A stretch of DNA of 41,113 nucleotides from Spirogloea muscicola (taxonomy: Eukaryota). Positions 10,200-20,500 of this stretch are shown piece after piece (the first letter of the stretch is position 1; every line of letters starts with the position of its first letter). The stretch lies in NCBI GenBank assembly GCA_009602725.1, contig WELB01000012.1, positions 610,958 through 652,070 of the forward strand, given 5' to 3'. A program made the position numbers and the translations under genes. Under the pieces are notes generated by a model. The model saw only the letters and a list, made by a program, of their open reading frames with translations. It was not told where the DNA came from and searched no databases.

Positions 10200-10520
10200 C
10201 TGACGGTGCTGGAAATGTCTGCTGGTATCTGCACAGGGTTGGCAGGTCTTCTTCGGAGTCGCTTGACCATTGCCCAATACATATATTTGGACAACTATCC
10301 GGAGGCGTGTAAAAGCAGCTGTGCACCACACAGACATTCTGAAAGTGAGGTACAGCCACCTTCTTTCTTAGACAACCTTCAAGATTTTGGCATACATTCT
10401 TCCTGGTGATGTTACAAAACTGCTCTAGGTGGAGAATCTCAACAAGCTGCCGAAGGTTGATCTAACGATTGCGAGGCTTTTCATAGTGCAGGTTTTTGGT
10501 TGCGGTCTGACAACCGCTCT
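10200..10520 (+). pseudogene. Decayed, intronless C5 cytosine DNA-methyltransferase domain (retrotransposon-borne type)
   Basis: Across frameshifts and stops it reads LTVLEMSAGICTGLAGLLRSRLTIAQYIYLDNYPEAC (motifs I-II) / KAAVHH..LKVRYSHLL..LPGDVTKLL.VENLNKLPKVDLTIA (motif III into IV) / HSAG-FGCGL-DNRS (end of IV, motif V). The catalytic PCQ is missing. Confidence 0.6.
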
Positions 10521-10821
10521 ACTCCTTCAAATGACATAGGTCCTGCTACACATCACAGCAGGCAGAGGAAATCCGGTTCACTTCGCAAGGAAAGATGACA
10601 CAGCGACGGGATCTCTCCTGACCTTGGGACAGGAGACTTGTGTAAGAGGCAAGTACGAGGGGGTTGTTGGGGGTGTTTGCCAATCAAAGTCGGAGATAGC
10701 TGGTTCTACCCAAAGCCAAATATTAAAGCTTGCCTCTGACAGGGCTGCAGAGAGCGGGCTCTCTTTACAAAAGGACAGGAGAGCTCTTTACACATGGTGG
10801 GCGTGGTTGTGAGAGACAAGC

Positions 10822-11112
10822 CCCCCCCAAAGAAGCAGTAACTTTTCCAAAGGGTTGAGGGCTTTGAAAGGCCAGCCCGAAAAGACTGAACAGGGTCCAA
10901 AGGGGTTGGGACAGCTCTGGGTCACACGGCTATGCAAGACCACGAGGGGCGCATAATTTCTAATAAGCAGCTGCAAGTCAGACAGAATAGCACCCAAAAG
11001 CAGTCCCCTTGCCAATAGCCAGAGGCGGCAGCTAGAGCATGGCTTGCTCGCAGATGCAGTGCGTGGACCATTGACCACCGCAGCAGATTGGTAAGTTGCG
11101 TGTAATACACCT
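10822..11112 (-). mobile_element. 5'-truncated CRE-like insertion (older subfamily)
   Basis: Reads LRWSMVHALHLRASHALAAASGYWQGDCF/AILSDLQLLIRNY + UTR with gggctggcctttcaaagccc; candidate aged TSD tgagagacaagc / tgagaggcgagc (10810-10821 / 11113-11124, 10 of 12 identical). Confidence 0.75.
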
Positions 11113-11404
11113 TGAGAGGCGAGCTTGTGGCGTTGAACTCAGGCTGTTTCCCGTGCCGCTGTCAAGACATGGCCTGGCGCGCAAGCCTGCTCAAAAGGTC
11201 CGGCCACTGAGACTCGGAAGCCCTGTGGACATCGGTGGCCAGTGGATCGAACTCGTCCCCTTCCGTATGATCAGCCTGATTGGGCTCCTTGCCACGGGCG
11301 GCGTTGGCTGCTGCATGCCAGAAATAATAGAAGAGACCCTCAAAATGGAGCGATTAAACACATCTGTTGTGACGTCATTGGCAACGATGCGCGGGCCCCA
11401 GTAT

Positions 11405-13026
11405 CAGGCGCGGCTGCAGGAACACCTCCGGCCGGCGGACTATCTTCACACGCTTTAGGACATGCAGCTGGCGACCGCTATGCTGACACGATGCATCGCG
11501 CAGCGGCCACACTATCTGGCCCGCACCATCCCTCCCTCATCGGCGGTGAAGGCAGCGTATGCGGCATTTGACTCTGGCATCCTGGCGTCCGCGTCCACCC
11601 TCGTGCAGCACCCCGAGTGGCTCACCTCACCAGCTGCGCTGCTGCAGGCTAGCCTGCCGGCCAGTCGCGGTGGCTTGGGATGCCGCTCAGTGGCCCGCGT
11701 CTGTGCGGCGGCCTACAAGGAGAGCTGGTCTCAGGTTGCAACCCCCATGTGCCAGCGATTCATCGTCCACGGCCAGCGCGCCCTGGAGCGGGCGGCAGCT
11801 GAAGTGGAGATCGGCCAGCTGCCCTTCCAGGTCGCCCTCCGCTCTGCCAGCGACGGGCTCCTGGCGGTCCACCCCAACATGTCGGAGCAGGCCGTCCCGT
11901 TCCTGGCGGTCCACCCCAACATGTCGGAGCAGGCCGTCCCGTTCATTCACCTCGCCCACATGCCTGACCTGCCTGCCCAGGCACGCTTCACGGCGCTAGT
12001 TGAAAAAGAGGCCTCTGACCAGGTGGTGGAGCTTCTCCCTCCGTCTGACCTTCGCGGGCGCGCGCGGCTCCTTCCAGCCTCTTCCCTGGGGCGGCGGCGT
12101 GGTTATCAGCACTACCAATCTACGCGGCGCTCACCATGCCCGACGAAGTCTTCAGGACAGGGGTCCACCGGCTCTTGGGCCTTCTCCCTCCCTGTCTCGT
12201 GGGCGGCACTCAGTGCGAGTGCAGTGCCCGTCACGCCGACCCTGCGGAGCTGGCTGCGCATATGCTCCGTTGCGCGCACGGGGGCGGACCGGTTCCCACG
12301 ATCTCCTGCGAGATGCCATGCAGGGGGTGTTCATGGAGGCGGGCTTCAAGGTGGCTGGAAACACCTCAGTAATGCCCATCCAGCTGGGCGTGGACGGCCA
12401 GCCCCATACTCGACGCGCCGACCTGGTCGCCATCCCGCCCGGGCATCATCGCCGATGTGGTGACAGCTGACTGCATCGACTCCGCCAATCCCGCCAGATC
12501 GGTGTCGTTTGCAGGGCACGCGGTCGGCCTGGCGGCTGGGGGGCAAGTAGCGTAAATACGCTGATCACCCGGGTTGGTGATGAATTTGCGGCCCTGGCGA
12601 TAGATGTCCACGGGGCTTTCGGCAGCCGCTGGCTGGATCTCCTCCAGCGGCTTGCCCGTCAAGCCATTGACCGGCGGCTGGGTCAGCAGGGGCGATGCCC
12701 GGCTTCAACGCCGCCGGTTCGCTCGCTCAGGTGTTCCGAATGCGCCTGGCGGTATCGTTCCCCTTGCCTACGCTGTCCATACGCGCGCCGGCCGTGCTAT
12801 GGCCGCCGCCTCTGGGTCTCGGCGGAGTGCCTCGTTCCCTGTGGCGAGCTACTCAGACCTGATGTTGCTCACCCGTGGAAACTGAGCTTCCCACTGCATT
12901 GTCTTGTGTTTTGCAGTGTAGTCCTTTTCTGGCTCCTCATTCTTTGGCTTTGAACATTGTCCTTTCTTTTGGACTGGCTGTGCCAGCCCCTCTTCTCTAT
13001 GAGCGAGCACTTTCTTCTTCTTCTTT
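11405..13026 (+). mobile_element. Longest copy: 5'-truncated, frameshifted CRE-like RLE non-LTR retrotransposon (RT C-terminus/thumb, zinc knuckle, RLE, 3' UTR, (TTC)n tail), subfamily A
   Basis: RT thumb: DMQLATAMLTRCIAQRPHYLART..ASLPASRGGLG..AAAY. Zinc knuckle region: GAWLSALP..MPDEVFRTGVHRLLGL..CEC..HMLRC..HDLLRD. PD-(D/E)xK-type RLE: RRADLV..ADVVT..K.RKYAD..AIDVHG. Ends SDLMLLTRGN* (12885), then a tttcttcttcttct tail. Candidate TSD cagtat (11399-11404 / 13027-13032). Confidence 0.9.
11859..11944 (+). repeat. Perfect 42-bp in-frame tandem duplication inside the retrotransposon ORF
   Basis: tcctggcggtccaccccaacatgtcggagcaggccgtcccgt x2 (LAVHPNMSEQAVPF repeated). Confidence 0.95.
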
Positions 13027-13096
13027 CAGTATGGAGTCCGTCAGCCCTGCGCAGCATGGGCGTGATGGACATATTCCCAAGCGCTCCCAAATTAAA

Positions 13097-13260
13097 TAGA
13101 AGCTCTTCCAAAGTAATGCTATGGTTGTAAGAGGCTAGCCCAAATGAGACTGAAGGAAGTGCCAAAAAAGAAAGGAGCAACTACTTCCATGTAAGGCAAC
13201 GGCTGTGAGAGGCCAGCCCAACAGAATTGAGCAAGGTCGAGGCCCAGGTCGGAAGGGGCT
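13097..13260 (-). mobile_element. Two degenerate CRE-like 3' ends (subfamily D)
   Basis: agctcttccaaagtaatgctatggttgtaagaggctagccc and cttccatgtaaggcaacggctgtgagaggccagccc both match 25341-25428. Confidence 0.7.
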
Positions 13261-13268
13261 GGGAAAAA

Positions 13269-13478
13269 GAGCAAGCGCGGCCAGATTAACTAGTGGCTGG
13301 GCTGTTACTGAGAGTTCGCTTACTGCTGTCTCAGTTTTTAGCACTCCGACACCTTCAGACCTTGTCCATTCTTTTGGGCTGGCCTCTCCCAGCCACCAGT
13401 TAATCTGGCCGCGCTTGCTTTCTGCTGGGAGAGGCCAGCCCAAGGAATGGACAAGGTCTGAAGGAGCCGGAGTGCTGG
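13269..13478. mobile_element. Subfamily-C copy (-) interrupted by a second subfamily-C copy (+, 13302-13423)
   Basis: The minus-strand host is split at its stem-loop; TSD gctggg (13296-13301 / 13424-13429). Confidence 0.85.
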
Positions 13479-13529
13479 GAAAGAAGAGCGCAAAATCCAG
13501 CTCTTCTCACAAGGGGCCGGCGGATGTCT

Positions 13530-14200
13530 GGAAGGAAAGACGCTTCCAGGAGAGGGCGGTGGCTGGAGAGGCCAGCCCAGAAAAAAGACTGAACAATTTC
13601 CGAAGGGGCCGGGGAAAAGGGAAATTTCGTGTGTTTGAAACAAACGAAGGCCAAATGGCCAAGTACAAAGGCAAGCACATCTTACGACCTACATAACCTA
13701 CAGTAGATTGACCCGCTCAGAAAGCACGGGTCAAAATATAAAGGTCGCTAACCGATGCCTGGATACTAGATGGCAGATACGAAGCCCTTCTGCCACCAAC
13801 TAGAGCTCGCCCAGCTTTCTGGTGCAAAGCATTAGCCTGAGCACGCTGCAAACAGGCAAACTAGTCGTCGCAACAACGACAGATATTCAGCTGGCAAGCC
13901 CATCTCAGCCGGGAACACATCTGCATGTCGTGTGTAGCCTAGATTGGCTATGTTTTGAAGGAGATTAAGGAAACGAGGACCTAAGCAGCCAAAGATGTCG
14001 ATTGCCGCTGGCAAGAGCTGATCATATCGGGGGTAATCGGAGTAGTGCTGCAACTTTCTTTGTTCAGCACAGCCCACTGCGTGGCCAACGATGTGTGTCG
14101 ATGCTGGACCTTTATAGGCCTCCGTAACTACAATATCGACCAAAGCCCTTGGTCCTCCACCAGGTTGCACGCCCACAATGTCTAGTGTGCGGCGATGATG
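13530..14200 (-). mobile_element. 5'-truncated CRE-like element (subfamily F) with RLE domain and 3' UTR
   Basis: Reads RRTLDIVGVQPGGGPRALVDIVVTE..AEQRKLQHY..AAIDIFGCLG, then after a frameshift CLQRAQANALHQKAGRAL..SVSDLYILTRAF* (13717-13719); UTR stem-loop at 13560-13578. Confidence 0.9.
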
Positions 14201-14535
14201 ACGTATGACGGAAAAAGGAAGGCCAGGCCCAACACAAACGCCCGCCGCCTAGCCCCCCAGCCTGCCTCCCCGGAACTTGCTCTCGCAACACTATCACCGC
14301 TCTTGGCCCTCTAACTCTCGCCAGACAGCAGCGACTTCAGGATGACACAGCAGCCTCGCTTGCTGTAGCAAATCACTCTTGAGCACCTCCCATCTGCCCT
14401 TCCGCAGCGCAGCTTCCGCCGCAACCTCCTCAACAGGCACTCAAGGCAGAGCACAAACCGCGGACCCCTTGCCGGCCATCTGCGATCCCCCTGATATGCG
14501 CGGAATCTCGCAGACGAAGTTGGAATGCTTATGAC

Positions 14536-17397
14536 ATGGAGGCAATGGCTCGGGGGATACGCCGTCCTGCTGCTGCTGCCCTCCGTTTGCTGTTGTGGAA
14601 CGGTGCTACGAGGACGCAGGCCTCATGCTCTCGCCCAGCTTGCAAGGTGGTGCGCCGTCTGCTGCCGACGAGTGATCGGCAGCAAGGATGTCAGGGCCTG
14701 GACTCACAGCTTAGAAGGGGCCTAGCGGGCGCCACCACCTCCGGTGACAGTGATGCTCATGGAGCTGCCGTCGATGCAAGCTCCGGTGGAGACGCGGCGG
14801 CGCTGGTCGCCGCAAAGGCGGCGGTCACGGGCTTTGACATTCCCACGCTGGAGGCGCTGTTCAGCAGCGCTCAGGAGTCCATCGGAGCGCACCACGCCGT
14901 GACGGCGTCGGTGGCTCTCAGCCTCGGCCAGGCTTACATGCGAGTGCGTGCTGAGGCCGTTGCCTTCTTGTCTGCGCTGGTGTGGCTTGCACTAGCCGGG
15001 TGAGCCTCTGACTGCCGCGGCACTCTCAGCTGCCATGGGGTTGGGCCAGGCTGGCCACCATCCAGAGCGGGCCTTGGAGCTGGCAGAAATGGCTTGGAAG
15101 GTGTTCGACAAGCTGGCAGGCGATAGTGGTGGCGGCGCTCATGGTGGCCAGGCCAGACCCATGTGCTTGCACCTCATGGCGGCCGCTCGGGGGCGGTGAG
15201 CCACCGACAGCCATGGCCAGGACTGCAAGACTGGCGGAAACATTGTTGGGCTGGCGCTGCTCGGCCTGCCTGAAGCCAGTTCCCATCCTATCAGCCTAAA
15301 GCCTGAATCCTAAACCCTTGAACCCTAAATTCTAAACCTCAACCAGTTTGCACTTTCGAACCCTAGTCACTAAACCCTAGGTGGCAACATCGATACCTGT
15401 AACTACCTCACCAGCAGGCGTTCCCGGCGCGTGCAGCATGGGGCAGCACGAGTTGGCGCTGGAGCACCTCGATGCCGCCCTGCGGCTGGTCCGCGCAGCC
15501 AATGCCACCCCTGCCGCCAAGGGCGGCGGCGGCGCCGTCGAGCAGGATGCTGCGCTGATGGAGTTCTCGACGCTCATGCTGCAGGGTGATGTCCACCAGG
15601 CGCTGGGCCGGCACGCTGCGGCCCTTGATGACTACTGCGCAGCACTGAGCTGCCAGGTGGCCACCTTGGGCCCTGCGCATGCTGATGTCGCTGCCACGTT
15701 ACGTCAGGTGGCAGAGGTCCATGCGCACCTGCTACAGTTTCCGGAGGCGCAACCTCTGGCCGAGCGCGCGCTGCGCATCCACTGCCGTGCACTGGGTGAC
15801 GGCTCTACAGACGAAGCTGTGGACCGCAGGTCAGTCGCTGGCCACTGTGACATTCAAGAGCTGAGGTACTGCCTGTTCTCACTTCTCTACTCCAAAACTC
15901 CAACCTGAGCTCATAAAGTCTAAGCTGAGTCTCTGAAGCTTTGACATATTCAGTTTTCAGAGACTTGCCAGTTGCCCTGTTGGCAGGCTCCTGGCTGTGA
16001 TCATGTCGGGCCAAGGCGACCATGAGGCAGCACTGCTGCACCTTCGGAAGGTAGCCGCGATCCTCGCAAAGCGCGGTCGCAACCTGGATATTGCATACGT
16101 CAATGACTCTGTTGGTGAGGAGCTGAGCGCGCTTGGACGGCACAGCGAGGCGCTGGCCGCGTTCGAGGTGGCGATACGTAAGAAGGCGGCGGAGCTCGGA
16201 GAGCGGCACCTGGCCGTGGCATGCACCCAGGTTGCGGTAGCCGAAGCCTGCATTGCTGCTGGACAAGCGAGCGATGCGGAGGTATGCCGAGCTAGCCCCA
16301 GGTGGGGTTCAGGGTTTGACGTCCAGGCGATAGGGCCTAAGTTCTACATCATCAACTTGCACGTCGAAGCTGCCCCTTGGACAGCATCACGGCAGCTAAG
16401 TGCACAGGTGTCCCCCTGCTGCAGGTCTTCATAGAGAAGGCTGTACAAGCATACGGCGAACTGGACGAGCTGGCCAACGACCCGGCAGCCGCCCTTGAGG
16501 CGGCGCATGGCCTCACGCAGCTGGCAGGCGTGCATGAGAACATTGGGCAGTATGACGAGGCCATCATCTTCCTCCGAAAGGCGCTCGCCTTGCGGCGCAA
16601 CATTCCCGGCCAACTGCACGCTGTCGCCAGTGAGGATCCATCTCCCTGCTGGCTCAAGTCCAGAGGGCAGTAGCTTCTGTGAGGTGCAAAGTCCCAATCT
16701 TGAGCACCTTGCGGTGCAGCATTTCCCAAGCCAGCTGCACGTTGCCAGTGAGGATCCGCCTCCTGCTGACGTGAATGCTGGGCAGGACTTGTGATTGCAG
16801 ATCTGCATGGAGGCTATCTCATTAGAGTCTCAGCTTAGATTTCGTGAAAATCTTTTCACCATCATGTGAGCTATTGTGCCAACCTGTACTGAGAGCGTGC
16901 TAAGATTGGTGCAGGTACGCTGTCACAGATTGGCCTGACACAGCAGTCAGCCAGCATGCTGGACGATGCTCTAGTCACTTTTCAAGAGTGCTTGCCTTTG
17001 ATGATTGAGGCTTTTGGGGCAAACCACTCATCCATTCCCATCATTCTAAACCAAGTGAGCTCCTCAACATTCCTCGGCCCATTTGCCCAATCACTGCTAA
17101 TCCAACTCAAGGTGAAAGAGCGTACCAATAGTTTTCTCATATCCTTGCGAAGCGCAATCGCAATCCGATAGCAAGTTAACAAGAATGAATGTGATACTCA
17201 GTGACAATATTGATGGAGCCCTCGATACCCTGCAGATGGGCTTGGCACTGACGGAGCTGGGAAGAATTGAGGAGGCCGTATTTCACTTCCAGCGGGCCAG
17301 CAGCCTCCTCAACATGCTGGTTGGGAAGGATCACGACCAGGCAACTGCTGTGCAAGAGAACTTGCTAGCTGCTCTAGCAATGCTCAAGAGCCCATAG
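14536..17397 (+). CDS. TPR-repeat protein, kinesin-light-chain-related (KLCR/CMU-like), with possible organellar transit peptide
   Basis: Phase-consistent GT-AG exons: 14536-14943, 15050-15195, 15437-15829, 15987-16281, 16425-16629, 16915-17054, 17236-17397. Multiple TPR helices plus MCLHLMAA and DRRLLAVI motifs resembling plant KLCR. The start codon and a possible small intron in exon 1 are uncertain. Confidence 0.8.
15295..15380 (+). repeat. Degenerate interstitial telomere-like (CCCTAAA) tract in intron 2 of the TPR gene
   Basis: cctaaagcctgaatcctaaacccttgaaccctaaattctaaacctcaacc..aaccctagtcactaaaccctag. Confidence 0.75.
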
Positions 17398-17526
17398 AAC
17401 TGCTGAGACGCGGTCACGTCTCTCACGCTGTAGCATGCAGCAAACACAGACTCTTGACTACGATAGAAAGCAGAGAGGTCTTTGAAGATGGCGCTATCTA
17501 CTGATTTGTAGACAGCAGTACGGTTG

Positions 17527-20500
17527 CTAGTGTTGTCTGAGATCCATGAGCTCAAATTTGAGCGAAGAATTCAGAAAGACATGGGAGCAGTGCTCGTATA
17601 TGGCACCACCGTCTGCCGGCATTTCGTGAGGATGGAAGCCCCGCCGTTGACAGGACTGTATGACCTTGACGCCACCAGGCTCAGACAGCCGGAAGATGCC
17701 ATACCTCCTGCAAATCCGAAGCATTCACAGTGGAAGCATTGCTGGTGTTGGTTGGAAGTTGATTTTATGCAATGTGAATGGGATCAACGCTTTATTGTTG
17801 GCCACCTAAGCAGAACACGGCAGTGACAGCGACGATGAAGGGCTTGCCACTCTGGGCATCACATATCTGAAGATCTAGTATCTCATTACCGAGAAGGGTC
17901 TGAGGGAGCCATCACGATAGCCACTGCTTCAGGAAGCATCACCTGCATCAAGCTAGCATATCTCAGCCCGTATGACTTGCATAACGTCTGTCCTAACAGA
18001 GAAAGTAGAGGCAATGTATCCATGCTCTCCAGAGCTTCATAAGTCTACCACAGCCTTACTTTCGCGCAAGCGTAACATGGCCCAGGTAGGTGTTGACCTG
18101 ATACGAATAGTGCGTATGAAGATCAATGGATGACATGAAGCATGACTGAGATGGATGAGTCTGCAACAGGGGCACACACGTAAAGTATGTGCAATGGTTG
18201 TTTCAAGAAGTGAGCATTAATCCCTCTGGATGATTGCAAAGACACGAACCTAAGACCTCACATTGGCAATGACTTGTGATTTATGACAAGGATTGCAGGA
18301 TATTACAGAGACATGATATGTCATTGCAAACAGAAAAGCCTACAGAATCCTCACACATCAAGGTGCAACATGCAAGATGGGCCATATTTGATCACTACTA
18401 TCTCACATGTATCCAGCCCAGCTGGAATAATCCCCGCTTGTCCTGCACGTCAAAGATTTCCTCCTCATTGACAGTCTGGCACTGCACATGGACAGCAAGC
18501 CATTGCATTGCCAAGTCTGTCATATAAGAAAAGCTGGAATGGAAGGAGCAGAAGCTCTTCTCAGTGGCTGTGAGTAATACAAGAGTTACAGGAGCTGCCA
18601 AAGGAGGACTAAAATGCACAGCATACTCTTGTGCGGTGCAAAGGGTTATGTTTGCATATGAACCCTCATTGCTTCGGCAGGACTTTGAGCTTCCCAGCAT
18701 TATTGTCATGCAGACGCCATAGTAAACAGGGTATGCATTGGAAAACAACGGTTTGGAACGGACATGGGCTCTTTTAGCATGAGCACAGCTGATGATGAGG
18801 ATGAGTTGTGTTTTACCGAATCCGAAGTTGCCTCTTGCTTTGGCAGGATCAAGGTCGTGACGTAGAATGTCCCCTTCTTCTGTCACACAAGCCAGTACTT
18901 AAGATGAGTCAGGATAGGAAACTCAATCAACCAAGCAACCCCCGCTCGCAAGTTCTCACATTCTACCTGATAATAACTTGACGACTTACTCACTATGAGC
19001 ACCAGTCCTTGCATACAAGCTTGCGAGCGCGAGGCAATCAGCTGTATTCTTTTTAAGTAGCAAGCGCAGGCTACTACCAGCAATCCAGCGAGGACTCCAC
19101 AAGTCTCCAGATTCTTGGCTGTATTGGACTTGACCATCAGCATGAACTCCTCCATCATCTTTGCTGACTGAGCCATCCCAACCAGGGTGGACAAAACCTT
19201 AGTGTCACCCTGCTCTGCCTGTAACAATCTCGCCAGCTTCAAAAGTGGCAAGCAGATAATTGTGCCATATGGACGTCCCAAGTCAATCAGAGGCAGTCCA
19301 CACAAGATCTCAGCAGGCTACAGGGACCTGCACAATGCCCCACTACCAAGACTGCACAACAGTGGCGAAGGCGTGACATGCTTACTATGTGTACAGGCTT
19401 GGGACCTTTTGACTCCCCTGAATCCCCGTCAACTAGCAAAGGGACTCCTGGCCGAGGATCAGCGACCGCCGATGGAGGGATGCTCTCAGGTGGGCCCTCT
19501 GCAAATCTGACATGCCCATTGTTGTGATGATCCAGGTTTTGCACTGGGACTGCCATTGGCAGGTCTGCTGGCTGCCTCACAACGTTGACAAGTGGAGCTA
19601 TGTCCTGCCCTTCTTCCGCCAGCACTGAAGCCGGCTCAGCGGCTACTGGGGCCTCTGCCTCTGGCCAAAGTACAGGCTCCCTATTGGCCTCTGGATCCGA
19701 GGATGTTGTTCTCGTGGAAGCGACCGGTCTCAGCGGCTGGAGGCTGTAAGAAAGAGGCAATTTGTGCTTCAAGACATCAAACTTGATACTCATATTAAGT
19801 CAGTCGATTTTGGAAGCACCACCAAGGGTGCACTCTGTAATATAATAGATAAGAGCTTCTCAGAGCAGGTTGTGATACTTTGACAAGCTTTGACCCTTTC
19901 AACTTGACAATTTTCAAACGAGCAAGCGAAAGAGGATGTCCAATATGTGGTACCCACTGTTCACGTACCTTGGCATCTCAATGGGGGTGCTGTCTATGTA
20001 GCTTGGGTACTGAACCTGCAGTAGGAGGCATTTTCTTTCAGCTAGAAGCGAAGTACAAAGGCATTCTACCAACTGACTCCCAGAACCTGTGTCCTGGAAA
20101 ATAGGCTTCAGTATTCAGTCAGCTGCAGTCAAGTAAATCACGCACAGCTTGATGCTCTTGGACGCTCAGCCTGCATGCCCAGGCAAGTCAGCTTCGACCC
20201 TTCTCTTACTCTTTCTAAAACCCGTGAAGGCTCTGCTCGGGCCCTTTGGCTCGGAAGTTGGAGGAAGGAGTGCCGCGAAAGAGTCTCTTCTCGCGGCGAG
20301 GGAATGGACAGTGACCTGCACGAGGAGGACATCCTTGAGGGCAGAGCTAATGTGCAGTGAAGCTTTCAGGTGCTCAGGTATATCTCCAAGAAATGTGCAA
20401 ACCCTTAGCCCTTAATAACACCGAAGTAGTAAGTCTGTTGACCTTCCTATGGACCTGCCTGACTGTACTCCAAAAGCCCGTTTTCCAGAGCTCAGTACAT

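Noticed and set aside
151..14200. Recurring ggctgtga(g/a)aggccagccc motif as a CRISPR-like repeat array
   Set aside because: Spacing is irregular, both orientations occur, no cas-like ORF is present, and each copy belongs to a retrotransposon 3' UTR with tail and often a TSD.
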